Positions 19,138 through 29,079 of a stretch of 64,000 bases of DNA are shown here, one piece after another. This DNA is from an uncultured delta proteobacterium (GTDB taxonomy: Bacteria; Myxococcota_A; Polyangia; Polyangiales; JAFGIB01), in assembly GCA_963778655.1 (NCBI GenBank), contig CAVZVA010000010.1:1-64000 (forward strand), read 5' to 3'. A model generated the notes under the pieces. That model worked only from the letters and a program-made list of their open reading frames with translations. It was not told the DNA's origin and did not search any database. A program made the translations under genes and the position numbers. Positions within the stretch are counted from its first letter, which is position 1. Each line of letters begins with the position of its first letter.

Positions 19138-20172
19138 TCACTCGAGCTGCGCGCTGGGGGTGGAGCGCGAGATCGCCAGCTCCTCGTCGTTCATGTCGGC
19201 GGCGACGTCCGCGAACAGCGGCGTCGACAGATAGCGCTCGCCTGTGTCCGGCAGCATGCACAGCACGCGGCTGCCGGAAGCGGCGCGACGCGCCACCTGC
19301 AGCGCGCCGGCCAGGGTGGCGCCAGCGGAGATGCCGACGAAGATGCCCTCCTTGCGCGCCAGCTCGCGCGAGCAACGCATGCCGTCCTCGCCGGCGATCG
19401 ACAGCAGCTCGTCCACCAGCGGGCGCGCGTCCTGCGCCAGCTTCGGCACGAAGTCCGGCGTCCAGCCCTGGATCGGGTGCGGATTGAACGCCGGATGGCT
19501 TGCCTGCGGCAGGCCGTCATCGGGCCACGGGATGCGGGTCTCGCTGGCGTAGAGCTGGGCGTTCTGCGGCTCGCACAGCACCACCTTGGTGCGCGGCGAA
19601 CGCGCCTTGAGCACGCGCGCCACGCCCTTGAGCGTGCCGCCGGTGCCGAACCCGGTCACCCAGTAGTCGAGCCCCTCGGGGAAGTCCTCCAGGATCTCGA
19701 CCGCGGTGGTGCGGCTGTGCATGTCGGCGTTGGCCTCGTTGTCGAACTGCCGGGTCAGATACCAGCCGTGCTTCTGCGCCAGCTCGGTCGCCTTGCGCAT
19801 CATACCGACGCCGCGCTCGGCGGCGGGCGTCAGCACCACCTTGGCGCCCAGATAGCGCATGATGCGCCGGCGCTCCACGCTGAAGCTCTCCGCCATCACC
19901 ACCACCAGCGGGTAGCCGCGCTGCGCGCAGACCAGCGCGAGCCCGATGCCGGTATTGCCGCTGGTGGCCTCGATCACGGTTTGCCCCGGCTTGAGCGCGC
20001 CGCTCTGCTCCGCGGCCTCGATCACCCCCTTGGCGAGCCGGTCCTTGACCGATCCGCCCGGATTGGCCGCCTCGAGCTTGACGTACAGCTCCACGCCCTG
20101 GGGCGCCAGCGCGTGCAGGCGTATGATCGGCGTGCGCCCGATGGTCTCGACGATGTTTTCGTAGCGTGCCAT
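19138..20172 (-). CDS. cysK: Cysteine synthase (O-acetylserine thiol-lyase)
   Basis: KLEAANPGGSVKDR (PLP lysine), EATSGNTGIGLA, GTGGT, PDTGERYLST. Confidence 0.9.
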   Translation of the reverse strand: MARYENIVETIGRTPIIRLHALAPQGVELYVKLEAANPGGSVKDRLAKGVIEAAEQSGALKPGQTVIEATSGNTGIGLALVCAQRGYPLVVVMAESFSVERRRIMRYLGAKVVLTPAAERGVGMMRKATELAQKHGWYLTRQFDNEANADMHSRTTAVEILEDFPEGLDYWVTGFGTGGTLKGVARVLKARSPRTKVVLCEPQNAQLYASETRIPWPDDGLPQASHPAFNPHPIQGWTPDFVPKLAQDARPLVDELLSIAGEDGMRCSRELARKEGIFVGISAGATLAGALQVARRAASGSRVLCMLPDTGERYLSTPLFADVAADMNDEELAISRSTPSAQLE

Positions 20173-20539
20173 GACCGGCCCCCTCGCGTCGCAGGCATCG
20201 TCCTCCTTGGCGAGCGCCGGCGCAACGGAGTCGCGGAGGTACGAATCGAGCGGCTCGGGTCGGCCGGCATGGGTCGCAATGAGCGAGCGTTGCGACCGGA
20301 AGCCCAGCGGTCGCCAACGGCCGGCCTGCACGGCACGGCCGGCCGCTTGTCCCGAGGCCCCAAGCCGGGGCGGGCGCGATTCCGCTGGCAGCCTTGATGT
20401 AGGACGGTGGCCTGCCGGGCATAGGCGCAAAAACCTGCGCATTGTCCAATCCACTCAAAGATTGGCTGGCCGCGCTCCGGCGATTGCTCGGGGGTGCGCC
20501 GCACTCTACCTTGGCGACGTTGGCGGTGCGGAGGGTGAT

Positions 20540-21598
20540 ATGACTACATGGAGTCTGGGACGGGGGCTTGGCAGCCTCGCGCTGCTGGGTGCGTGCGTGG
20601 GCTGCAGCGCGAATAATCAGGACACCGCGGGCATGACCGGCCAACCGGGCGTGACCGGGACGGGCACCGGGGGCACGACCGGAATGAATGCAGTCGTGGG
20701 ACAGACCGGCGGCACCAGCGGCGCCCCGGTCGGCAACGGCAACGTGGGCGCGGGGGGCAATACCGGCGGCACTGGCACGACGCCAGGTGCGGGCGGCGCG
20801 GGCATGATGCCGGGCACGGGCGGCGCGGGCGCCGCAGGCATGATGGCCGCGGCCACCGGCGGCATGGGCGCCGCGGGCATGGATGGGACCGGGGGGATGG
20901 GCGCCGCGGGCATGGGCGCTGCGGGCGCAGACGACACCCCGACCGGTCCGATGATGCCGTGTCTCACGGCGGGCAGCGACCTGCTGTTGATCGGCGACTC
21001 GTACATCGACGCCCCGACTTATCTCACGCCCGCGCTCGAAGCGAAGGCGACTGCGGACGGCCAGCTTCCGGCGGGCCAGTACTACAACAGCCAGGCGGTC
21101 GCCGGCACCGTGAGCACCCAGATCAAGAATCAATGGGACGCCAACAAGAGCCCCGCGCCCAAGTTCGTGGTCATGGACGGCGGCGGCAACGACATCCTGA
21201 TCGGCGCGCCGCAGTGCATCACGGCATCGGGCGATGACCCGACGTGCCAGGGGATCGTGGACATGGCGAACGCGACCATGCTGAGCATCTTGCAGGACGA
21301 GAAGGCGAGCGGCGTCAAGGGCGTGGTCTACTTCTTCTATCCCCACACGCCCATCGCCAGCGGCGGCACCGTGGTCGACTACTCGCTGCCCAAGGCCAAG
21401 GCCAACTGCGACTCGGTCAGCGACGACACCTTCCAGTGCGTGTTCGTCAACACCCAGCCGGCGTTGGACGATCCCGGCTACTACCTCGATCGGATTCACC
21501 CCACGGCCAATGGCGGGCCGGACGTCCTCGCAGGCCTAGTCTGGGATGCGATGAAGAGCCATTGCATCGGTCAGACCAGCGGCTGCTGCGCGCCTTGA
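20540..21598 (+). CDS. SGNH/GDSL hydrolase lipoprotein with Gly/Thr/Met-rich linker
   Basis: Lipobox-like ACVGC; low-complexity linker; IGDSY, GGGND and DRIHP blocks. Confidence 0.8.
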   Translation: MTTWSLGRGLGSLALLGACVGCSANNQDTAGMTGQPGVTGTGTGGTTGMNAVVGQTGGTSGAPVGNGNVGAGGNTGGTGTTPGAGGAGMMPGTGGAGAAGMMAAATGGMGAAGMDGTGGMGAAGMGAAGADDTPTGPMMPCLTAGSDLLLIGDSYIDAPTYLTPALEAKATADGQLPAGQYYNSQAVAGTVSTQIKNQWDANKSPAPKFVVMDGGGNDILIGAPQCITASGDDPTCQGIVDMANATMLSILQDEKASGVKGVVYFFYPHTPIASGGTVVDYSLPKAKANCDSVSDDTFQCVFVNTQPALDDPGYYLDRIHPTANGGPDVLAGLVWDAMKSHCIGQTSGCCAP

Positions 21599-21792
21599 TC
21601 CGGACGCGGTCGTAGACGGCCCAACCACCCCGGTATTGGGGTCGGACGCAAAGATCCCGCGCTCCCGGTCTCCGGTATCCGGGCAGAGCATCCGCAGACG
21701 GATCGGCGGAATATCTCAATTTCGCTGCAACCAACTCCGGGTGAGGCCGCTCGGGCGCGGCTTCGACCGGCGTCGCGCATGCGCGCCAGGCC

Positions 21793-23751
21793 ATGGTAGA
21801 CCGAGTTGTGGCGACTCCGGATAACGCCAGCACGCCGGTACGGTTCCCGAGGTCCGACGCGGTGGTCCCGCTCGACGATCCATCGTTTCTGCGGGCCGTT
21901 CTGGAAGCCATCCCGGCGTTCGTGGTGCGCCTCGACCCCGAGCGCCGAATTACCTACATCAACCACCTGCGGGCGGGGCTGAGCCTGCAAGAGGTGGTCG
22001 GGCGTCCGGTGCGCGATTTCATCGCGCCCGAGGATCTGGAACGCTACGAGCGGGCGGTCGAGCACGCGTTGCGTACCGGCGAAGCGTGTACCTACCTGGT
22101 AAAAGGCGCGCGCCCGGTCACGCCCGGCGGCGCTGCGTACTACGAAGGGCACGCCGTCCCGATCGAACACGGCGACGGCCGGCGCGACGTCTGTATCGTG
22201 GCCGCCGATGTCACCGAGCATGTGGCGCGCGCCGAGGAGCTGCGGCAAAGCGAAGAGAAGCTGCGGGTCGCGCTCGACGCTTCCGGACTCGGGCTGTGGA
22301 CCTGGGACATCACCAGCGACCAGGTCGAGTACGACCCGCGCCTGATCGAGATCATGGGCTGCAGGCCGGCGGGCGCGCGCGACTACGTGGCGCGCCTGGT
22401 CCATCCCGACGATCGCACGCGCATGTCGAACGGGATCGACAACATCAACGCCGGCCGGCCGAACTTCTTCGATCATCGCATCATTCGCCCGGACGGCGAG
22501 ATCCGCTGGCTGCTGCCGTGCGGCCAGGTCAGCCGCGACGAAGCAGGCCGTGTCGTGCGCATGACCGGCGGCATGCTCGACGTGACCGCACAGCACAAGA
22601 CCGAAGAGCACTTGCGCAACATGCAGAAGCTGGATGCGATCGGCAGCCTCACGGCTGGCGTGGCACACAACTTCAACAACATGCTCGCCGTGATCGTTCC
22701 GGCGCTCGAGCTTGCGCGGCGCGACACCAGCCCGGAGCTGGCGCAGACCTTCGAGGATGCGCTGTACGCCGCGCGGCGGGCCGCGGAGCTGGTGGCGCAG
22801 CTGATGACGTTCGCGGGCAGGCGCGGCACGCCTTCCAGGATGCCGGCCGATCTCGCCCCCGTGCTCGAGCGCGCCGTGTCGATGTGCCGGCGCACGTTCG
22901 AGCGGCGCGTGCTGGTCGAGACGGCGTTCGACCCGAGCTGTGACGCGGTCGCCTGCGATCCGATAGCGATCGAGCAAGTCGTGGTCAACCTGCTGATCAA
23001 CGCCCGCGACGCCCTGGGCGACGCCTACCGGTCCGAGCCGCGCATCGCGGTACGCCTCTCGCGGCTGGAGACCTCCCGCCCGGGCGCGCCGGAGCGCGAC
23101 GTGGAGCCCTTCGTGTGCATCGCCGTGGAAGACAACGGCACCGGCATGAGCGAGGCCGTGCAGCAGCGGCTGTTCGAGCCGTTCTTCTCCACCAAGGGGC
23201 CGGGCAAGGGCACCGGCCTCGGGCTCGCGACGAGCTACGGCATCGTGCGCGACCACGGAGGGTTCATCCTGCTCGAGTCGCGGCCCGGCGCGGGCACCCT
23301 CGCGCGGGTCTTCCTGCCGGCCGCCCTCTCGCCGGCGCCCGAAAGCGCACACCCCGCCGTCGAGCAGCCTGCTGCCTCGGCCTCGCGCGGCGCGGTTCTC
23401 GTGGTGGACGACGAGCCCGCCGTCGGGCGTGTGCTGGAGCTGCTGCTGCGCGAGTGGGGTCACGAGGTGCGCGTGGCCACCGACGGGCGCGGCGCGGTCG
23501 CCGCGCTCGATGCAGGCTGGCTGCCCGACCTGATCTTGCTCGATCGCTCGATGCCCGGCTGGCCGGTGCAACGCACGCTCGACGAGATCCGCAAGCGAGC
23601 TCCGAGCGTGCCGGTGCTGTTCCTGACCGGGCAGGACGTGAGCAGCGAGGAACGCGGCCAGGTGCAAGACGTGCTCTACAAGCCGCTCTCCACCGACGAG
23701 CTCAAGCGCTCGGTCGACCTCTGGCTGGCAGACGAGGTCGCCACGAGCTGA
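21793..23751 (+). CDS. PAS-PAS hybrid histidine kinase with C-terminal receiver
   Basis: Two PAS/PAC regions, AGVAHNFNNML H-box, NLLINARDA, FEPFFSTKG.GKGTGLGL, VLVVDDE. Confidence 0.92.
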   Translation: MVDRVVATPDNASTPVRFPRSDAVVPLDDPSFLRAVLEAIPAFVVRLDPERRITYINHLRAGLSLQEVVGRPVRDFIAPEDLERYERAVEHALRTGEACTYLVKGARPVTPGGAAYYEGHAVPIEHGDGRRDVCIVAADVTEHVARAEELRQSEEKLRVALDASGLGLWTWDITSDQVEYDPRLIEIMGCRPAGARDYVARLVHPDDRTRMSNGIDNINAGRPNFFDHRIIRPDGEIRWLLPCGQVSRDEAGRVVRMTGGMLDVTAQHKTEEHLRNMQKLDAIGSLTAGVAHNFNNMLAVIVPALELARRDTSPELAQTFEDALYAARRAAELVAQLMTFAGRRGTPSRMPADLAPVLERAVSMCRRTFERRVLVETAFDPSCDAVACDPIAIEQVVVNLLINARDALGDAYRSEPRIAVRLSRLETSRPGAPERDVEPFVCIAVEDNGTGMSEAVQQRLFEPFFSTKGPGKGTGLGLATSYGIVRDHGGFILLESRPGAGTLARVFLPAALSPAPESAHPAVEQPAASASRGAVLVVDDEPAVGRVLELLLREWGHEVRVATDGRGAVAALDAGWLPDLILLDRSMPGWPVQRTLDEIRKRAPSVPVLFLTGQDVSSEERGQVQDVLYKPLSTDELKRSVDLWLADEVATS

Positions 23752-23860
23752 GGGCTCGGAGCTCGGGGTTGCGCGGGCTGGCACGGTTGCACCCCTGGCC
23801 GCGCGCGAGAGCTGGACACATTGGCGCGCGGTCCGGCTCGAGCCGGCGCCGCACGACCCG

Positions 23861-25840
23861 CTATAGAGACCGCCCTTCGCCCTGCTCGCTCAGCTTGCGC
23901 GCGAGCAGGGCGAAGAGCGCAGCCGGCTCGAACGGCTTCTGCAGATGGGCGTTTTCGACCGAGGCGAGGAACTCGGCGGCTGCGGGCGAAAACGCTCCGC
24001 CCGTCATGAAGACGATCGCCGGCACCAGCTGCGGCCAGCGCCGCTCGATTTCGCGCATCAGCTCCTGGCCACCCACTTGCGGCATCATCAGGTCGCACAG
24101 GATCACATCGAAGCGCGGATCGCGCTCCAGCTCTGCCAGCGCGGCCCGCGCGCCATCGCGCGCTACCACCTCGTGCTCGCCTCCGATCATGGCGCGCAGC
24201 ATGCGCAGAACGCCGGGCTCGTCGTCGACCACCAGCACGCGCCCGCGATGTGCGGCACGCCCCTCCGGCTCGGGAAGGGCTGGGACCTGCGGCCTGGTCG
24301 CGCCGGGCAAGCGCAGCTCGAAGCAGGTCCCGTGCTCGGGGCTGCTCTGCACGGTCAGGTCGCCTCCGAAAGAGGCCACGATGCGCGAACAGATGGTCAG
24401 ACCCAGACCGGTACCCTGCCCGGGCAGCTTCGTCGAGAAGAACGGATCGAAGATCCGCGGCATGACGTCGGGGGGGATGCTCGGTCCGGTATTGTGCACC
24501 GCGACTCGGGCCCAGCCGCGCGGATCGGTGCCGGTGACCACGCGAATCACCTGCTCGGAGGCCTGTCCTTCGGGCACCGCCTGGATCGCGTTGACGAGCA
24601 GATTCACGAACACCTGTCCGAGCTCGCTCTCGCGCCCCAGCACCGGCGGCATCGGGCCCAGCTCGGTGACGAGCTCGGCGCGGTGACGTGCCTGGCTCGC
24701 GGTCACGCGCAGGGCCCATTCCACGGTCGCGCACAGATCCAGCAAGGTCGGCGGATCGATCGAGGAGGCCCCGAACAGGCTCATGTCCGCCACGACGCGC
24801 TGAATGCGGCGCGCGCCCTGCCGCAGATCGGCGACGGCATCGCGTATATCATTCAACGTTTCGGCCTCGCCGTGCTCGCACAGCAGCGATTCCCAGCGCG
24901 AGAGCCCACGCTCGAGATAGTCCGTGTTGCCGACCACGAAGGTGAGTGGATTGTTGATCTCGTGCGCCGTGCCCGCCGCCAGCATTCCGAGCGACGCGAG
25001 GCGGTCGCTGACCATGGCGCGCTCTTGCGCCTCCCGCTGGTCGGTGACGTCCCGCAGCACTACGACGGCGCCGAGCAGGATGCCCTCGTGGACGATCGCC
25101 GCCACCGACTCCTGCACGCTGAGCAGGCGCTCGCCGCTGCGTGCCAAGAGCTGCGAGGTCGCAGCCGGTACGTGCCCGGCACGGCGGAGTGCGAGGACCT
25201 CCGCGAGCTCTCGACGCAGGCTCGGGCGGTCCGCACGCAGGATCTTGACCACCTCGTCGAGCTCGCGCCCGCGCGCCTCGGCGAGCGACCAGCCCGTCAG
25301 CCGCTCGGCGGCGGGATTCATGAACGCGACGCATTGCTGCGGATCACAGGCGACCACCGCATCGCCGATGGAGAAGAGCATGGTCGAGAACCAGCGTTCA
25401 CGCTGGGCCACTCTGCGGTCGACCTCGTGCCTGCGGCAGGCCACTTCGATCGCGCTTCGCACTTCTCGACCGGTGAAAGGCTTGACGATGTAGCCGTAGG
25501 GCGAGCTGCGCACGGCGCGCGAGATGGTGGCGGCGTCCGAGTAAGCGGTCATGTAGATCACCGGCACCTGATGGCGCTGCTGCAACGCGGTTCCTGTGTC
25601 GATCCCGTCCTGGTCCCCCGCGATACGGATGTCCATCAATACGACGTCCGGCACGCGCTCCCTGCTCGCGCGCAGCGCCTCGGCGCCGGAGCTGACCGCG
25701 GCCAGAACCTCGTAGCCCATGTCGTCGAGGCTTTGCTGCAGGTCACGGGCCACGATGACCTCGTCCTCCACCACCAGCACGGACAGCGGTCTCGGCGGAG
25801 GAGTGCTCGAAGGCCTTGCGTTGGCTTCATTGACTTGCAT
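23861..25840 (-). CDS. REC-PAS-histidine kinase-REC hybrid
   Basis: VLVVEDEVIVARDL receiver, SIGDAVVACD PAS, AGTAHEINNPL, FDPFFSTK..GQGTGLGL, C-terminal receiver; start overlaps the upstream kinase stop. Confidence 0.92.
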   Translation of the reverse strand: MQVNEANARPSSTPPPRPLSVLVVEDEVIVARDLQQSLDDMGYEVLAAVSSGAEALRASRERVPDVVLMDIRIAGDQDGIDTGTALQQRHQVPVIYMTAYSDAATISRAVRSSPYGYIVKPFTGREVRSAIEVACRRHEVDRRVAQRERWFSTMLFSIGDAVVACDPQQCVAFMNPAAERLTGWSLAEARGRELDEVVKILRADRPSLRRELAEVLALRRAGHVPAATSQLLARSGERLLSVQESVAAIVHEGILLGAVVVLRDVTDQREAQERAMVSDRLASLGMLAAGTAHEINNPLTFVVGNTDYLERGLSRWESLLCEHGEAETLNDIRDAVADLRQGARRIQRVVADMSLFGASSIDPPTLLDLCATVEWALRVTASQARHRAELVTELGPMPPVLGRESELGQVFVNLLVNAIQAVPEGQASEQVIRVVTGTDPRGWARVAVHNTGPSIPPDVMPRIFDPFFSTKLPGQGTGLGLTICSRIVASFGGDLTVQSSPEHGTCFELRLPGATRPQVPALPEPEGRAAHRGRVLVVDDEPGVLRMLRAMIGGEHEVVARDGARAALAELERDPRFDVILCDLMMPQVGGQELMREIERRWPQLVPAIVFMTGGAFSPAAAEFLASVENAHLQKPFEPAALFALLARKLSEQGEGRSL

Positions 25841-27224
25841 GGTCGGTCCTCCAGCGCTCGAGCTCGAGCGCAAACTTGGTCCCCGAGGTACGGTCGACGC
25901 GCAGCTCGCCGTGGAGCTGGCGCGCGAGCGTCGCCACCAAGTCGAGGCCGAGCGTGCTCGGGCGTGCGACGTCGACGTGGTCCGGCAGTCCGACCCCGTC
26001 GTCGCTGACGCACAGGCGAAGACGCCCGCCGTCGAGCGGCCGGACTTGCACCGTCACCGAGCCGCGGCGCGGCGGGGGAAACGCGTGCTTGAGCGCGTTC
26101 GTGACCAGCTCGTTGATCACGAGCCCGCACGGGACGGCCTGGTCGATCGCCACCGTGAGCGGTACCGCCTCCAGCTGTACGTCGACCTTCGAGGCGCCCT
26201 CCACGGAGCACCGCAGGAAGGCAATGAGGTCGCCGAGGTACTGCCCGAGCTCGATGTCGCTGAGCGTCTCGGACGAGCACAGCTTCTCGTGGACGAGCGC
26301 GATGGAGCGCACGCGCAGCTGACCCTCTTCGAGCACCGATCGCGCTTGCCCGGAGAGCAGGCGCGCCTGCAGACTGAGGATGCTCGAGATCAGCTGCAGG
26401 TTGTTCTTCACGCGGTGGTGAATTTCGCGCAGCAGCACCTCGCGTTCGCGCAGACGCTGGCGCAGCGCCGCGTTGAGCTCGGCGTTGCGCCGGTTGGCCT
26501 CACGAATCTCGGTTACGTCGACGCACGAGCCGATATAGCCCTCGAATGCGCCATCCACTGCGAATCGAGGCACGCCGTGGTCGAGGATCCAGCGGTACGC
26601 TCCGTCCGCGCGGCGCAGCCGATACTCCATGCGGAAGGACTCGCGCGCCACGTACGCGCTCATGTAGATGTTCATGCACGGCTCGAAGTCTTCCGGGTGC
26701 ACGCCTGCGGTCCAACCGATGCCGCTCTCCTCTGCCAGCGAGCGCCCGGTGAACTCCAGCCAGCCGCGATTGAAGAAGTCGCACTCCGCGCTGCGATCCG
26801 ACTTCCACAGCATGACCGGAGCGCAGTCCGCCATCACGCGGAAGCGCTCCTCGCTCTGCTTGAGCGCGGCGGCCGCGAGAATGCGCGCGCGCACGTCGCG
26901 CACGCACGCGAGCAGTGTCCCGCTCGGGCTGCGGCCCAGCTTGACTTCGAGGTGGTGCGAGCCCAGGGCGCCCTCGACGCTGTAGTCGAACGAGCGCGGA
27001 ATGCCGTCGTCCAGCACCGCGGCTGCGCTCGCGCCGGCGAGCTCCGAGGCGACCGGCAACAGCTGCTTGAGCGTCATCCCGGCCAGCCCTGCGTCCTCGA
27101 TTCCGAGCAGCGAAGCGGGCCCCTGCGCGCGCAGACACACCTGCTGTCGATCGAGCTCGAGCAGCAGGTCACCGACCGCCTCCGCGACCGCGCCCGCCAG
27201 CGCCGTGTCGACCGGCTGGCTCAC
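25827..27224 (-). CDS. PAS-containing HisKA_2-type histidine kinase
   Basis: PAS_3 (FFNRGWLEFTG, W..GVHPED, EYRLRRADG.YRWILD) and LREIHHRVKNNLQ, NELVTNALKHAF, DDGVG; GTG overlaps the monooxygenase beta-subunit stop. Confidence 0.92.
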   Translation of the reverse strand: MSQPVDTALAGAVAEAVGDLLLELDRQQVCLRAQGPASLLGIEDAGLAGMTLKQLLPVASELAGASAAAVLDDGIPRSFDYSVEGALGSHHLEVKLGRSPSGTLLACVRDVRARILAAAALKQSEERFRVMADCAPVMLWKSDRSAECDFFNRGWLEFTGRSLAEESGIGWTAGVHPEDFEPCMNIYMSAYVARESFRMEYRLRRADGAYRWILDHGVPRFAVDGAFEGYIGSCVDVTEIREANRRNAELNAALRQRLREREVLLREIHHRVKNNLQLISSILSLQARLLSGQARSVLEEGQLRVRSIALVHEKLCSSETLSDIELGQYLGDLIAFLRCSVEGASKVDVQLEAVPLTVAIDQAVPCGLVINELVTNALKHAFPPPRRGSVTVQVRPLDGGRLRLCVSDDGVGLPDHVDVARPSTLGLDLVATLARQLHGELRVDRTSGTKFALELERWRTDHASQ

Positions 27225-28231
27225 GGGCGCTCTCCCTCGCAGCTAGCGGAATCTGCGGTTTGGGCGAGCCATTCCGGGACGGCGCGCAACTGGTCGCTCA
27301 GCCGCTGTCCGGGCACGAAGCCCGGCTCGCACGCGGCGCAGGCCGCACCCTGCTCGAGCACCGGCAGCAGGGCCTGCAGCGCGGCGGACACCCGCGGGCG
27401 CCAGCGCAGGAACCAGACCTCGAGCAGGCGCCGATTCGCTTGCGACTCGCTCGCGAGCAGCGACAACAGCGCGCCCGACCATTGTGCGTGCCAAAGGCAA
27501 TCCTCGTGCAGCGAGTGCAGCAGCTTGTGCAGCCCATCGTCGTGGCATGCCCGCGCCAGCTCGGCCAGATCGCGCATGAACAGCACGTCGAGGCAGGGCT
27601 TGACCAGGCCGTCGAGCACGACCAGCGCCTCGCCCCATTCATAGGTCACGAGCAGGCGCTCGATCAGCTCGCGCAGCGGCTGCCAATGCGGTGCATCCAC
27701 CCAGCTGGCTTTCGCCTCGGCGCCGAGACGCCCGCGCGCGCCCCTCAGCCACAGGTGTTGGGTCAGGCGCTGGATGCGACGCACCTCGTCGGCGGCCTGA
27801 AACGCCGCCGCGATGGCGATCTTGCCGCTCGGGGCGAGCGCACCGACGTAAGCCGCGACCATCTGCAGCCCGTGCAGCGGGTAGCGCAAGGGCGCGAGCA
27901 GCTGCTCGACGGTGCGCTGCCAGTCCGAGTGCGTGGCCGCAGCCCCGCCGTCGAGCTCCGCGGCCGCAAACAGCTTGTCCACGAAGACTTCCTTGTCGCG
28001 TTGCAGGGCGACGTACCGCGCATAGGTCGTCGCGCGAGGATCGCGGAAGCGCTCCCAGTCGCGGCAGCGCAGCTCGCCGCGGAGCTGATGTCGCTCGATC
28101 CATGCGCTGACCGGCGTACGGATCTCGAAGCCGCGCCGCGCATGATACAGTAGCTCCGAGCTCGCGATCTCGTAAGGCGAGGGCTTGTGCCCCAGGTGAG
28201 CGAGGTGCCAGTAGGTGCGCAGCGCGCTCAT
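27221..28231 (-). CDS. Soluble di-iron monooxygenase hydroxylase beta subunit (TmoE-like)
   Basis: RTYWHL...KPSPYEI.S..L.YH, DWERFRDP..TY..YV.LQ, LRYPLHGLQM, FQAADE.R, WQPLRELIE.LL..Y.WGE. Confidence 0.88.
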   Translation of the reverse strand: MSALRTYWHLAHLGHKPSPYEIASSELLYHARRGFEIRTPVSAWIERHQLRGELRCRDWERFRDPRATTYARYVALQRDKEVFVDKLFAAAELDGGAAATHSDWQRTVEQLLAPLRYPLHGLQMVAAYVGALAPSGKIAIAAAFQAADEVRRIQRLTQHLWLRGARGRLGAEAKASWVDAPHWQPLRELIERLLVTYEWGEALVVLDGLVKPCLDVLFMRDLAELARACHDDGLHKLLHSLHEDCLWHAQWSGALLSLLASESQANRRLLEVWFLRWRPRVSAALQALLPVLEQGAACAACEPGFVPGQRLSDQLRAVPEWLAQTADSASCEGERP

Positions 28232-28515
28232 TGGCCACCTGCCTCCCACACCGCCTCGTCGGGCGTCACGTGCAGACGCCCGGCGAACGCCGGCATCACC
28301 AGCTCGAGGTCGCCGGGCAGACGAAAGGCTCGACCCAGGACGCGCTCGACCGCGCGCCGCTCGAGCAGGCAGCGGCGTGGCGCGCTCACCCGCAAGTAGG
28401 CACCGCGGTCGAGCACCTGAACGTCGTGGTTGCGTTCGCGAATGGCCGCGATCACCGCCTGCGCGACCTCCCCGGCCTCCAGCACCGGACCGACCGCGTC
28501 GCGCCCGCTGCTCAT
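28228..28515 (-). CDS. Monooxygenase coupling/effector protein (MmoB/DmpM, TmoD-like)
   Basis: VGPVLEAGEVAQAVIAAI, DRGAYLRV, LGRAF.L..LEL.MPAFAGR. Confidence 0.9.
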   Translation of the reverse strand: MSSGRDAVGPVLEAGEVAQAVIAAIRERNHDVQVLDRGAYLRVSAPRRCLLERRAVERVLGRAFRLPGDLELVMPAFAGRLHVTPDEAVWEAGGQ

Positions 28516-28832
28516 CGGCACTGCTCCAGCTCGACGGCAATCAGCCCGCCTTCGATGGCGACCGGCAGCGGCTGCAAGCTGACGGTCTTGGGGTTGACCC
28601 CGCGCCCGGTGCGCGCGTCGTAGCGATAGTGATGCGCCCTGCACACGATCACGTCGCCCACCAGCTCGCCCTCGCTCAGCGCGACCCCTAGGTGGGCGCA
28701 GCGATCGCTGTATGCACACACCTGGCCGTCGAGCTTGACCAGCAGAATCTTGTGACCGTCCACCACCCGACCTTGCATCTCGCCGTCCCACAGCTCGCAT
28801 AGCGGCATGACCGTTGCCAGCCGCCTAGGCAT
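28512..28832 (-). CDS. Rieske [2Fe-2S] ferredoxin (TmoC-like)
   Basis: LWDGEM, DRCAHLG..LSEG, CRAHH..YD.RTG.GVNP. Confidence 0.92.
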   Translation of the reverse strand: MPRRLATVMPLCELWDGEMQGRVVDGHKILLVKLDGQVCAYSDRCAHLGVALSEGELVGDVIVCRAHHYRYDARTGRGVNPKTVSLQPLPVAIEGGLIAVELEQCR

Positions 28833-29079
28833 CGGTCGCCGCCTCCCGCGGCACCAGCTCGATGCGATCGAGCGGCGTCAGGCCGGCCTCGCTCACCGTG
28901 AGCTCGGGCGAAAGACGCCTGTTCCCCAGATACACGTCCGCGGACGCGGCCGGCGCGACCCGCACCGCGGCCGCGCGCTGCGTGCGCAAGCACAGCTCCG
29001 CGATGGTGTGGTCCGCGTCGGCCAGCACGATCAGAACCATGCTGTCTCCGCGGACGAATGCATAAAGCGGGATGGTCAT
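28825..29079 (-). CDS. Monooxygenase hydroxylase gamma subunit (TmoB-like)
   Basis: 84 aa MTIPLYAFVRGDSMVLIVLAD..TIAEL...TVSEAGLTPLDRIEL; position between alpha subunit and Rieske gene as in tmo operons. Confidence 0.8.
   Translation of the reverse strand: MTIPLYAFVRGDSMVLIVLADADHTIAELCLRTQRAAAVRVAPAASADVYLGNRRLSPELTVSEAGLTPLDRIELVPREAATDA

Noticed and set aside
20630..20930. Gly/Ala/Met/Thr repeats as a collagen-like or RiPP precursor
   Set aside because: This is a low-complexity linker between lipobox and SGNH domain, with no Gly-X-Y periodicity or modifying enzymes
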